NCBI GenBank assembly: GCA_937625935.1
Contig: OW569366.1
Location: forward strand, 62,001 to 126,000
DNA: 64,000 bases
Direction of reading: 5' to 3'
DNA from: Tetramitus jugosus
Taxonomy: Eukaryota; Protista; Heterolobosea
The notes under the pieces: model-generated
The model's input: the letters and a program-made list of their open reading frames with translations, nothing else
Told to the model about the DNA's origin: nothing
The model's database searches: none
In this document: positions 1-10,501 of the stretch, in pieces
Numbering within the stretch: position 1 is the stretch's first letter
Layout: the number at the start of each line of letters is the position of its first letter
Position numbers and translations under genes: made by a program

Positions 1-1
1 C

Positions 2-1771
2 ACCACTATCAATACTAATACTAATAATAATAATATTGAACAATTACTCTATTACAATGTCAAGGAACGAACAAGTAGTGATTCATCATTGATACACATA
101 CTTCTCATTGTTACGTCATCCATCTCTATGACTGCCAACTTGTTTATTATGATTCACTATTATTTTGGTGTGAATTGTTGTGGATGGATGATACACAAAA
201 CGAATCATCCTATCGCACTCGTGTATAATGATGATGATGATGATGAAAATGAGAATGAGACAAGTACGTGTGATGATAAGAGTAGTTCTTCGTCTACTTT
301 GTCTTCGAATAGGAGTGTCAATAATAATGATCAAGAACATGAACATCATGAAACGAACAATATTGTGGTGAAACACAAGAGTAAAAATCATCATGATGTG
401 GAAGATGAGGATTCTGAAAATTCAGCTTGTTGTGTTTGTTGTCAGTCATGGGTGCAACGCATCAAAAATCTCTTGTTTCCAAAGAGAAATTTGCAAACAA
501 GACTCATTTTTTACATTTCAGTGGTGGATACAGTGAGATGTGTTGCCTTTTTAATGACATTGGTCCATGTGAGTGTTGCCGTGTCAGCAGAAACAACAAT
601 GGACAGTACTGCTCGCGCACTGAAACTAAAATGGGCAAAATACTTGTGTTTTACACAGGCGTTTCTCGTTCAATTCAGTAGCTTGGCCATCGTACTGTGG
701 ACCAACATTTATTGTTGTTTCATTTATGTGGAATCAGAGGTGTTTCAACCCTTGTCAAAGTCGATTGTTCGATGCGAGTGGATGTTTCATTTGTTTGTGT
801 GGCCTTGTGCGATATTGACTGCGATTGCTGCTCAATTGATGAACATTAATGGATCATCTGCACCAGTGTGGTGTTGGATCTCTCACCCGAGACTTGGATT
901 CTCCTTCTTTTATATTCCCCTGCTACTCGTATTTTTGACCAATTTGTTGGCTCAAGCGGTGGTTCTGATGGTCCAGTGGTATCGCATGTGGAAACGGTGG
1001 CGTCGCATGACTAGAGGAACCGGATTGGAAGAGGGTGCAGAGCATCCCGAAGTGTCTCTGTTGGCCATGCAGAGTGCTCATCCGATATCATTCTCTGTTG
1101 CTTGGCAACTGAGACTGTTTCTGTTGGCATTCATGACTACATGGATATTCGGACTCGTATTTAGAATCATCAATCTCTTTATGACGTATAAACCTCCTGA
1201 ATGGCTCGGTTATGTGCACTCGACATTGCTACCACTCAATGGCTTCTTGAACTTTTTGGCCTATTTGGTGATCACGAGAGGTGGTGCCATTGACTGGATA
1301 GTGTTCTCCGTTCGCTTGATCTGGCGTCTGCTCTCATGTCAATTGAACTGTCTTCCAAAACAACGGAAGATCAAGTCACAAACACTCCGAACACCCAATG
1401 ACCGTACGTCACTTTTGCACTCAAATCCAAATGAAGACAAGCAACCATATGCTGTTCCACCGAATCGCACTGCAATTGTCCCTGCTTCTCACAACAAGAG
1501 CAACAACTCTACACTGAACCGGTTCAGTGTGAATCCCGACGTGTTTATCAACAAGTCACTCATTAGCTCCTCACCAAAGCCGAACTTTAGGCTCTATGGC
1601 TCCACAATTCGTTCAATGTACATGAACAATAATTGTAATGATAGTCACAACAATGACAATCATAACAATGATGAGGATAGTACCAATACGGAAGACAATG
1701 AATCCATAACAACAGTTACACACAACGAGAACTTTATTGATGATGTTGATCAAAACAGCAGACAAACATAA
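2..1771 (+). CDS. 7TM GPCR, cAMP-receptor-like/Git3-like family; 5' end lies outside the window
   Basis: Frame is open from base 2. About 7 hydrophobic helices with CAR-family motifs (RLIFYISVVD, CFTQAFLVQF, VWCWI, LLPLNGFLNFLAY) and an N/S-rich tail. Confidence 0.75.
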   Translation, partial: TTINTNTNNNNIEQLLYYNVKERTSSDSSLIHILLIVTSSISMTANLFIMIHYYFGVNCCGWMIHKTNHPIALVYNDDDDDENENETSTCDDKSSSSSTLSSNRSVNNNDQEHEHHETNNIVVKHKSKNHHDVEDEDSENSACCVCCQSWVQRIKNLLFPKRNLQTRLIFYISVVDTVRCVAFLMTLVHVSVAVSAETTMDSTARALKLKWAKYLCFTQAFLVQFSSLAIVLWTNIYCCFIYVESEVFQPLSKSIVRCEWMFHLFVWPCAILTAIAAQLMNINGSSAPVWCWISHPRLGFSFFYIPLLLVFLTNLLAQAVVLMVQWYRMWKRWRRMTRGTGLEEGAEHPEVSLLAMQSAHPISFSVAWQLRLFLLAFMTTWIFGLVFRIINLFMTYKPPEWLGYVHSTLLPLNGFLNFLAYLVITRGGAIDWIVFSVRLIWRLLSCQLNCLPKQRKIKSQTLRTPNDRTSLLHSNPNEDKQPYAVPPNRTAIVPASHNKSNNSTLNRFSVNPDVFINKSLISSSPKPNFRLYGSTIRSMYMNNNCNDSHNNDNHNNDEDSTNTEDNESITTVTHNENFIDDVDQNSRQT

Positions 1772-1925
1772 CACTCGAGCTATTGAAACACTAACGGAAT
1801 CATTATTATTTTTAAAAAAAGTGAAGGTAGTGACTTTGCTTTGTGTGCTCTTACATATTCGTAGCCAAAGCATCTCCTTATTTGACCAATCCTTTGCAGC
1901 AAAAAACATCTACTGGAACGTACGG

Positions 1926-2716
1926 ATGACGACGAACACAACCGCAATGCCACATCCAAGCGAATGGGGAGTTTAGACAAGTATGATGATGAATGTTTTG
2001 AATCAATTGAAATTGTTTCAGCACTGTGCAGGGATACATGGTACAAAATTATTGAATTTTGTAACACTCGAGAATGGTTGCAATTGAGTTATACTTGCAA
2101 AGGAATCAATCGATTCAAATTTAATTGATTGCTCATGTCCAACAAGCAGAGAATGCTAAGACACACCCTAGATGAAAGCGAGATTGAACATGGGTTTCGA
2201 TTGGCAAAAGGAACGCTGTTCAATATCTACCTCCCAAAATGGCATTCATATGTGGTGGATGATCATTTCCAATTTTTAGAAGGCATTCACATACTAGATA
2301 TGAGTCATTGCGATCAAATCACAGACAACGCTTTTCCTCATTTGACTGGTATTCACACACTCAATATGCGCGGCTGCAAGAACATTACAGACAATTCATT
2401 TTCTAATTTAGCTGGGATTCACACTCAATATCGGGGAATGCTGTCAAATTACAGACAAAGCATTCACCCATTTGACTGGTATTCACAAATTCTCTATGTA
2501 CCGTTGCAAGAATATCACAGACAATGCCTTTTCTCATTTGACTGGCATACACACGCTCAGGATGGATCGATGTGACCAAAACTCGATCACAGAGGAACAC
2601 TATTGTTCTTGAAGGGTATTCACACGCTCAGTTGGACTGGGAGCGGACGAGATAGTGCCTTCATCAAAAAGGTGAATGAGTATTGTGAGTCCAATGCAAT
2701 AACTCTTACATATTAG
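1926..2716 (+). pseudogene. Degenerate F-box + LRR (GIHTL-repeat) gene
   Basis: F-box-like segment (LCRDTWYKIIEF..LSYTCK) is followed by an in-frame TGA at about 2126. Tandem 66-nt LRR repeats (ITDNAF.HLTGIHTL.M..C) carry a frameshift at about 2422. Confidence 0.6.
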
Positions 2717-2889
2717 TTGCGGAAAACAAAAAGGAAGATATTAAGGCAGTCCCACCTTAATATCAATTAAAAACAGATATTAAGGGGTGCAACTGTGGCC
2801 CATTCATAATAAAGACAATTGCTTTATCTCTCATGATGTAGCTGGACAGTGTTGATATGTTCGATATAAAATAATAATTTAATTTGTTT

Positions 2890-3468
2890 TCACTTTGCTT
2901 TGGATGTCTCTGACACAGTCGGACCAGCAGGAGCAGCACTGCTATAAAATCTCCTTGATTGAATCGTGTAGATCAAGAATGACACAGCAGGAACACCACT
3001 CAACACTGGCATCGCATTCTTCATCTCCTTGGCGATCAATGATCTCAACAAGAGAACAGAAATGACATGAGAAGACGTGTCGAACACGAGGAACAAGTAG
3101 GCCATAACAGAGGTAAACTTGATTGAAACATCGGAGGCAAGCTCAATAATACCCTGTTTGTTTACAATGGTTGTAATCGTGTAACCCAGGTGCAATAAGC
3201 AATGGAAGACCAACAATTGTAACCACAATGGAGAACACACTTGATCAATGTTGCGCAATGCATTGGAACGCCAATAAGCATATCCCAGAGTACTGCCCAC
3301 TGACAAAAATTCGGTGAAAAAGAGTCGTGCACGTGTACCACCGCGGATATGTGTCTGGTACGGCTTTGTTTGACGTGTCGTTTTGAGGTACAGTGGAACT
3401 ACATGTAGCATCAACAGTGTCCACTCAATCATGTACAACAATATGGGAATAACAGTAGGAGCAATCAT
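2890..3468 (-). CDS. Small multi-pass membrane protein, unknown function
   Basis: 192-aa ORF from ATG 3468 with about 5 hydrophobic segments. Confidence 0.55.
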   Translation of the reverse strand: MIAPTVIPILLYMIEWTLLMLHVVPLYLKTTRQTKPYQTHIRGGTRARLFFTEFLSVGSTLGYAYWRSNALRNIDQVCSPLWLQLLVFHCLLHLGYTITTIVNKQGIIELASDVSIKFTSVMAYLFLVFDTSSHVISVLLLRSLIAKEMKNAMPVLSGVPAVSFLIYTIQSRRFYSSAAPAGPTVSETSKAK

Positions 3469-3590
3469 CTTCACACACTGAGTTCAGATCTGATTTTTCT
3501 TCTCCGAGTTGTTTTTTACTTGAAGTCTGGTATTTTTAGCTCAAATTTTTTCTTCCCGCCCAAAAAATCAGAACCACACAAAATTCTAAG

Positions 3591-4259
3591 ATGTCATCAC
3601 CAACAACAACCAATAACAACGATGATCACAGACTGACCATCACAAAAGTCAGACAACTCTCTCGTTCTCAATTCGTTCAAACATTCAAAGACCTCTATGA
3701 ACATCACTCCATCATTGCTGAACAATTATTTGATGCGTTTCACAACACAAAACTCGCTCCACAACCATCAAGTCATGTCATTACAACAGCCAGTGAACTA
3801 TTAGACTTGTTTAATGAAACACTGGATCATTGGCTCATGGAAGATTCTCCGACTCATGCACTTGCGCTCATCCGCTCTCATCCAAAATTGGGTGTCGCGA
3901 AATTATCGTCGGCGCAACAACAACTACAGCAAAAAAATGCGGAGTCATCATTGACCAAAAATTCAATCAATGAACAAACAATGACTGGACTGGTCAATGA
4001 TGTATCACAACAAGAAATTGATGAATTTCATCAATTGAATGATGCCTATAGTGAAAAATTTGGTTTTCCATTCATTGTTTGTGTCAGAGCTCAAAAGAGA
4101 AAAGATGCCATTTTGAGTGCGTTTAGAAGTAGGTTGCAGAATGATGATGTATTGGAAGAACAGAATACGGCATTGCAGCAAATTAGGATGATTGCTGGAA
4201 TTCGATTGAGTGATTTGGTGGTGGATGATGATATGACACTGTCGCATCATAAATTGTAA
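3591..4259 (+). CDS. URAD: OHCU decarboxylase (urate degradation)
   Basis: LYEH, IRSHPKLG, SINEQ and LNDAYSEKFGFPFIVCVR motifs; C-terminal HKL is PTS1-like. Confidence 0.88.
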   Translation: MSSPTTTNNNDDHRLTITKVRQLSRSQFVQTFKDLYEHHSIIAEQLFDAFHNTKLAPQPSSHVITTASELLDLFNETLDHWLMEDSPTHALALIRSHPKLGVAKLSSAQQQLQQKNAESSLTKNSINEQTMTGLVNDVSQQEIDEFHQLNDAYSEKFGFPFIVCVRAQKRKDAILSAFRSRLQNDDVLEEQNTALQQIRMIAGIRLSDLVVDDDMTLSHHKL

Positions 4260-4420
4260 AAAGCTTTTTATTTTTTTCCTTTTTGGTTTTTGTTGTTCGA
4301 AAGTTCCAACCATTTTATGACGAGAAAAATTTCTGGTCATTGTAAACTCGTGAAGAAATTCCCCTTATTAATTTGGCAGAAGAATAGGAACGTCAAAAAA
4401 ATTCAAAGAAAACGTCCAAC

Positions 4421-5584
4421 ATGTCAAGCATTGTCTTCACCCAAGCATTTACAAATACATTGTCTCAATACTTTAACAAACAGGAGTTGTCTGATTGCAA
4501 GATCTGGTTTCCTTCCACAAAATCAACTCTAAGGGGTCACAAGTTCATTTTGATGGCCCACAGTGAGTTCTTCAAGTTGTGCTTTCCAAGTGGAATGAAT
4601 GAATCCACTGACAATGAAATTGAGATTGATGATGATGAAAGATTGGTTTCGATACTGATCCAAAGTTTGTACTGTGGTACCCTGAGTATTCCAAGCAACA
4701 ATGATATTGTCCCTTTGATTTTACTGGCTGACAAGTATCAGATTGCATCTCTGGTTCCACTGCTTTGTGATCATTATGTCGAAAGTATGGACTCTAGCAA
4801 TGTTATGCAAGGATTGGACTTGGATCTGGATGACTCCAAGTATAGCCGAGTGAAGGCAAGAATGCAAGTTCTGACTCATAGTGTTTCTGATGACATTTTG
4901 ACACAAAGGTCTTACCTAAATCTGAGTGTTGAGAAATTCATGAGTGCTTTGGATTTACTTGGAAACAGGACCAATTCTTTGAATGCTTATGACGCAGTTC
5001 ATGCATGGATTGAGAAAGACGAAGAGAATAGGGCTCAATTTTCTTTTTCGCTGATGAAAGCTGTAAAACAAACGGCAGCACTTGGCCACAAATTGACATT
5101 TTATGATGTTTCCTGTCCAAAAGGTGTTGAAATCGTATCACCTACATCTATCCGCTGTGTTGGTAATAATGGTGGTCACAAGTTTGTATTCATGGATGCC
5201 AATTTGAGCATGCTGCCTGGGAATAAGATTGAATGGAAGATCAAGATTGAAAAATTGGATTGCTGGATTGGAATTGGTGTTGCTAACAAAGAACATGTTC
5301 GAAGTAGACAAAAATGGATGAATCGAAAGATCGGACATGGAGCATATTTATTATCGAGCAATGGATGCTCATGGTCACACACTAATCCTGCGGAAAACTA
5401 TCACCAAACAGGCTTAAAGTACACAACGAATGATATCATACAAGTATGCTATGACAAGACTACTCAAAGTTTGTCTTTCTGCAAAGAAACTGAAGTCGTC
5501 ACGATTAATATTATTGACATAGATGTCCATCCAGTGGTAGTGCTCCATATGTCTGGTGATTCTGTTTCACTCAGCCCAAACTAA
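4421..5584 (+). CDS. BTB/POZ-BACK + SPRY/B30.2-like protein
   Basis: SDCKI..GHKFILMAHSEFF..GMNES (BTB), AVHAWIEKD (BACK), WIGIGV (SPRY-like). Confidence 0.85.
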   Translation: MSSIVFTQAFTNTLSQYFNKQELSDCKIWFPSTKSTLRGHKFILMAHSEFFKLCFPSGMNESTDNEIEIDDDERLVSILIQSLYCGTLSIPSNNDIVPLILLADKYQIASLVPLLCDHYVESMDSSNVMQGLDLDLDDSKYSRVKARMQVLTHSVSDDILTQRSYLNLSVEKFMSALDLLGNRTNSLNAYDAVHAWIEKDEENRAQFSFSLMKAVKQTAALGHKLTFYDVSCPKGVEIVSPTSIRCVGNNGGHKFVFMDANLSMLPGNKIEWKIKIEKLDCWIGIGVANKEHVRSRQKWMNRKIGHGAYLLSSNGCSWSHTNPAENYHQTGLKYTTNDIIQVCYDKTTQSLSFCKETEVVTINIIDIDVHPVVVLHMSGDSVSLSPN

Positions 5585-5690
5585 CTTTTCACCAACAGTT
5601 TCTTTGGACGGCAAGTTGGTCAGATATCTGATAACAATCACGCTCAATCAATAGTAAAATAATCCGATTTATTATATACAAGGTAAGTTG

Positions 5691-6497
5691 TTAATTGTTG
5701 TTTGTTGGCTTTGAATTTTCACCAGTTTCTTGTCTTGGGGTCGGTTGTGTTTGATATGGTTGTTGATTCGACGACAATGGGTAAGAGTATTCTTGATACA
5801 GTTGCTGTTGTGGCTGATAGTACACAACTGGTTGTTGAGGTTGATAATGAACGAAAGCTTGTTGTTGTTGAACTAGTTGTTGTTGTGGTTGATACACTTG
5901 TTGAGGCAGTTGTGGCTGATGGGAAGCTACACCTCGCGTATCAACAATTTCAATAGTAGGTCCATTTTGCAAAATGATAGGTCCATGCCTGTCGCTGGTG
6001 TACGTGAAAAACTTTCCAAAGCCTCTCTCCGTATCATAATCCTTGAGCATCAACTGTAAATGAGATGGTGCGTAAATGGAAGCGTTCTGACCGGACAAGA
6101 AGCTCAAGAGCTCGTCTCTAATTTCTCGATGTGTCTTTCGATTCTTGTTCCTGATCATGAACGATGGCACCACTAGAGCCAACAGCAACAGGACAATGAG
6201 TAGAATGATCACGGGAAGAATCAGTTGAGGCAACCTGACCCACAGTGACAACCCAAGAATACTGAGTATGAGAGCAGGGGCAAAAACAAGAGTTGGCAAG
6301 AAGCCTGACAGTGCCACCATTAGTGCTCTTCTCTTTACAATGGACTTTAAGCGATCGTGCATGATTTGATCGCACTTGTGCAGTGTGGCAGCATAAGTTT
6401 GTGGGAAGATGCCATACGGTTGACTTTGGAGGATAAAAGGGAATTGGTGGTCCCAACTCATGGTATCAGAGTTGTATGTTATCTTGTAGATGCTCAT
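5691..6497 (-). CDS. Two-TM membrane protein with Q/P/Y-rich tail
   Basis: ATG 6497 is preferred over the TTG start in the ORF track. Two hydrophobic helices and a QQQ-rich C-terminus. Confidence 0.6.
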   Translation of the reverse strand: MSIYKITYNSDTMSWDHQFPFILQSQPYGIFPQTYAATLHKCDQIMHDRLKSIVKRRALMVALSGFLPTLVFAPALILSILGLSLWVRLPQLILPVIILLIVLLLLALVVPSFMIRNKNRKTHREIRDELLSFLSGQNASIYAPSHLQLMLKDYDTERGFGKFFTYTSDRHGPIILQNGPTIEIVDTRGVASHQPQLPQQVYQPQQQLVQQQQAFVHYQPQQPVVYYQPQQQLYQEYSYPLSSNQQPYQTQPTPRQETGENSKPTNNN

Positions 6498-6842
6498 GTT
6501 AAAGATGTCACTGGATTTGTTGGTTGTTTTGTTGTTGAGGTCGTGCCCTAAATCAGTGACACTTTTGAATTGGAGGGACGTTCGATTTTGTTCGTAGAAT
6601 GTCTGGTTACAACTCCGACGAAAGGAGTTTGAATCCAAGATGGATCAAGAAGAAAACCACTGTCTGTGATTTACAGTTGTGGTTGATTACATATCCATTC
6701 TCAACAACTTTTTCTTATGGTGTGCAGAAGCTTTTGGCCAAAAGACTCTTGTCCGCTCAACAAAAGCTTTAGGACCAAGTTTGGGAATTCATGTTCCGCA
6801 GAACTCAAGCGGGAAAAGACAAAAACCTACAGCAAACCAACA

Positions 6843-8192
6843 ATGTTGCATGAATTGCCCAGAGAGATCCAGTTGTCCATTCTCAACAACTTTGTCTTCT
6901 TTTACACACCTTCCATCACAAAACAATCGACATACTTTCTTCGCAGCAGTAATCTTCAACATTTCACAGATGAAGAACTGATGGAGAATGTGAGAAGTAT
7001 GTTGGCATTGTCCATGACATCGAAGCAATGGTATGAATTAGCAACGCACCAGAGAATGAGTCGTCTGTGGAAGAGTTGTTTATGCATGTTAACAAGGTCA
7101 ACCAATGTGATCAGTTGTCACCAAAACGGGGACAGTGATGCCGAAACTCTGGCTCTATTCTTTAAGCAGAGGTGCATTGATGAGTATCGAAGAACATGTG
7201 CAAAATGTTTTGTCGAAGCGCTGAGCAGTGATAATCATGCACTCTGTGAGAAATTGTTATCATCTGAAGCGTACACTGATTGGCTATACATGTGCACGAT
7301 TGAGATTAAGAAACATGTAACGCAGAGAGTCGGTACGATCGATTTGATTGAATTGCTGCTAAAACATAATAGATTAAGCAGTTTCAATCATTGGAAATTG
7401 TTGGAAGCCATCTTCCTGACCAATTCACCTCATATGAATCAAATTCTTGACAACGTCGTAAGATTGATGAAACAATATGGAACCAACTTCATTTTGGACC
7501 ATGATGAAGGAATAGAATTAGTTATTGCTCATTATGCATCCGTACATTTCTTGAATGTTATGAAACCCATAGTACTGGATCACAGAAAGCAATACCCTAG
7601 TCACTTTAGTTCTTGCTATGAAAACACATACACCTTTGGAGCCTTAGTAGAGAATAACTACAAGAAGGAAACAGCTGAGGATACATTAACAAGACTACAG
7701 TTTCTTCTTGCATGTGGAGTAAAACTTCGAACCAGAAACTCACTTGCTAGTCTAGCACAAGTCATGCAATGCTGGCACAACGGATGGAAGAATGGTGCAA
7801 TCGTTGTTCAATTCCTGTTGAATGAAGGATGTGGAATGAGTTCAGACGATAAGAACACTCAACCTCCAACAATAGTACACTACTTGATACAATCGAACCC
7901 TGATTTGCTAGCGGCATCACTGAACTCATTTTACAGTTCTCTCGGTCCAATGTTACTAATCAAAGAGGACAATGAGCTACCGATCCAACTCTATTGTCTC
8001 GTTTATCTTCGAAATCACACATTCAATAATGTGAGTCATGAACAACGACTAAAGATGTTCACCGCATTGATTTTAAGGTGTCCCAACCTTCGAGTTTACA
8101 AAAGATGTAAAGTGAAGGAAGATTTGAAGAGGGTGATCCTTATGACCCGTGATGACCAAGCCCCATATGATAAATTCCTGAAAATGCTGTAA
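6843..8192 (+). CDS. F-box-like protein with ankyrin-like helical C-terminus
   Basis: MLHELPREIQLSIL...LSMTSKQWYEL is an F-box-like N-terminus; long open ORF. Confidence 0.6.
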   Translation: MLHELPREIQLSILNNFVFFYTPSITKQSTYFLRSSNLQHFTDEELMENVRSMLALSMTSKQWYELATHQRMSRLWKSCLCMLTRSTNVISCHQNGDSDAETLALFFKQRCIDEYRRTCAKCFVEALSSDNHALCEKLLSSEAYTDWLYMCTIEIKKHVTQRVGTIDLIELLLKHNRLSSFNHWKLLEAIFLTNSPHMNQILDNVVRLMKQYGTNFILDHDEGIELVIAHYASVHFLNVMKPIVLDHRKQYPSHFSSCYENTYTFGALVENNYKKETAEDTLTRLQFLLACGVKLRTRNSLASLAQVMQCWHNGWKNGAIVVQFLLNEGCGMSSDDKNTQPPTIVHYLIQSNPDLLAASLNSFYSSLGPMLLIKEDNELPIQLYCLVYLRNHTFNNVSHEQRLKMFTALILRCPNLRVYKRCKVKEDLKRVILMTRDDQAPYDKFLKML

Positions 8193-8206
8193 GATAATCA
8201 ACTACT

Positions 8207-8335
8207 ATGCCTCGTAGAGTACCACGTATTCAACACTACAAGATCAAGGTCGGTCTGAACTCTATGCTTCTTCGTTCAACAATTTGTAGGGAGACTCTCC
8301 GATTCTACTGGCATAGAAGGAAGACCAAAGAGTGA
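8207..8335 (+). pseudogene. Collapsed relic of a Fanzor gene
   Basis: Translates to MPRRVPRIQHYKIKVGLNSMLL..LRFYWH, versus Fanzor MPRGVPK..HYVVKVGLKSLLL..LKFYWH. The 16-nt string tcaaggtcggtctgaa occurs at both 8244 and 58531. Confidence 0.7.
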
Positions 8336-8414
8336 AATGAAACTCCCATTGATTGAATTCAAAAGGTTGGATGTATTTAATAAAGTGACAATTTTTTGTT
8401 ATTATAAACTTGAT

Positions 8415-9965
8415 TCAATAGTGAATCTCCTCTTCCTCTTCGTGTTGCTCTTGTGGCTTCTCTTCAGAAATACCTGTAATCTGTTCGATGGTCTTTCCCT
8501 TTGTTTCTGGAACCATGAGAATTGTGAAGATCAAAGTGAGCAGAATGATTCCAGTGAATGGGAAGAATGTGTACTGCTTCAATGCCTTGGTCAATGGTAA
8601 GAAAGTCAATGCAACAGCAAAGTTAGACAACCAATTGATGGCAACAGCGAGCGACATGGCATATGGACGGCATGACGATGGGAACAACTCACCCATAATC
8701 AACCATGGAATAGGTCCCAATGCAATAGCAAATGAAATGACAAATCCAACCACAGACACCACAGAGATGTAACCAAACACAACAGGTGAATAATTCTTGA
8801 GCACAAACGACAGAGTGAGAACCAAAAACGAGACAAATTGACCTGCTTGACCCACAATGAGCAACAATCTTCTACCAGCAATATCCATGATAAAGAAGGC
8901 CACAACCGTAGACGCCACATTAATCACACCGACAATGGCAGTCGCAGCATCTGCATTCTTCACACCAGCCGACTGGAAAATAGAAGTACTGTAGAAGAAT
9001 ACTGCATTCACTCCACACAATTGCTGCGCCAATTGTAACACAACGGCGACAATCAACGGACGAATCAACCTTCGATGGAAAAGAGCACCAATACTGCTCT
9101 TGTTCTGCGATCCACCACTCTGTTGGAATAGTATAGCTTCTTCCTGAGAGACATCAGGACTCTGTCTCAACATGGACAACGCAAGACCAGCAGCCTTTGT
9201 CTTATCTCTGGATGCGAGCCATGTAGGTGACTCTGGACAAAATGGCAAAAGCATGGATTGAACCACTGGGAGTACAGCAACCCAACCAAGCAACACTCTC
9301 CAGCCCACTGGTCTCGTCGACAAGAAAATACTCAATATCTGACTAACAAAAATACCGATCGTAGTCATGAGCTGCGGCAACACTCCAATGGTGCCTCTGA
9401 GTGCCGTAGGTGAAATCTCAGTCAAGTACATGGGCACGACAACAGTGGTCACACCACTGCCCAAACCAATCAAGAAACGCCCCGTACTAAACACATAAAA
9501 ATTGCTAAACAGACTCATGAGAGCAATCGCAAGCACAAATGTAAGGTTATTGAGCAAAACAGCCAATCTTCTGCCCACAAAATTGGCAAGTGTGCCTCCA
9601 AATAGGCCTCCTACGAGACCTCCAATAGCAAAAATGGAGACTGCAACAGACCATTCGTTTGTGCTCATGGGAATGCACTCCTTGAAGAATTTGTTGCTGC
9701 TCGGGTGAGGCAACGGAGACCCTGGTGGTTGGCACTGAATCGCCGTCTGCGGAGTATTAATTACTCCGATTGCATAACCAAATTGGAAGGAAGAGAGAAC
9801 AAATACGGCACTGACACTCAACAGAAAGAGATTGAATTTTTGGTTGGGCAGAGTTTTGTTTTGATCTTGAATGTTGGTGGTGGTAGTAGTAGTAGATGAC
9901 AAGAGTGAAGCAGATTCAACAACATTGCCTGTTGTTGTTGTTTGATAGCTTTGTTGCCTGCTCAT
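8415..9965 (-). CDS. MFS sugar porter (GLUT/SLC2-like)
   Basis: FQFGY, GRR, PMYLTEISP..LRG, PESP, QQLCGVNAVFFYS, GPIPW and PETKGK motifs. Likely start is ATG 9965 (MSRQQ). Confidence 0.93.
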   Translation of the reverse strand: MSRQQSYQTTTTGNVVESASLLSSTTTTTTNIQDQNKTLPNQKFNLFLLSVSAVFVLSSFQFGYAIGVINTPQTAIQCQPPGSPLPHPSSNKFFKECIPMSTNEWSVAVSIFAIGGLVGGLFGGTLANFVGRRLAVLLNNLTFVLAIALMSLFSNFYVFSTGRFLIGLGSGVTTVVVPMYLTEISPTALRGTIGVLPQLMTTIGIFVSQILSIFLSTRPVGWRVLLGWVAVLPVVQSMLLPFCPESPTWLASRDKTKAAGLALSMLRQSPDVSQEEAILFQQSGGSQNKSSIGALFHRRLIRPLIVAVVLQLAQQLCGVNAVFFYSTSIFQSAGVKNADAATAIVGVINVASTVVAFFIMDIAGRRLLLIVGQAGQFVSFLVLTLSFVLKNYSPVVFGYISVVSVVGFVISFAIALGPIPWLIMGELFPSSCRPYAMSLAVAINWLSNFAVALTFLPLTKALKQYTFFPFTGIILLTLIFTILMVPETKGKTIEQITGISEEKPQEQHEEEEEIHY

Positions 9966-10501
9966 GTCTGTTGTCTGTGTAATTGTATGATTTGTTTTTG
10001 TGTGTGTCTGTGTGGTTACCAAGAGAGAGAGGGGAGAGGTTGTGTGTTGGTGGTGGACGAACGGTGATGATGAGATCTTGTTTTTGGCGGTGTGACGCAA
10101 GAAGAAATATGTCCCGACAAGAATTTCGATTTTGTGTTCCCGAGAAAAAGGTTGGCTGGCATTTATCGAAGGGACCAACCACACGATTCACCCACTGAAA
10201 TTTTTTTGTTTTAATACAACCAATGATTGCACAGTTTATTTCGTAGTTGGTTGTCTGTACTCTACGTACTTTATGGCGATAATGTAGAAGGTGGTGCTAG
10301 TGCTGGGATCACTGAAGTCCTTCCTGGCATCGGTATACTCCTTACGAAACATGGTTGATTCAAGCACCTTGAAGATTGAGACAGTGAGGGGAGTCCCCCA
10401 TTGAAGATGTTCTTCGTAGTGGGACAGTTTGATACCTGGAAATGCAGTTGAAAAGAATATCTTTTGGGCGAGCGATTGTTGCCATAATAATTTAAACATG
10501 T

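Noticed and set aside
6694-6893. 18-bp direct repeat tccattctcaacaacttt as a TSD
   Set aside because: No poly(A) or TIR lies between the copies; a local partial duplication of the F-box gene start is more likely.
10236-10499. 87-aa ORF after the RCC1 gene, and the 57094-57342 ORF
   Set aside because: No recognisable homology or splice support, so they cannot be called.
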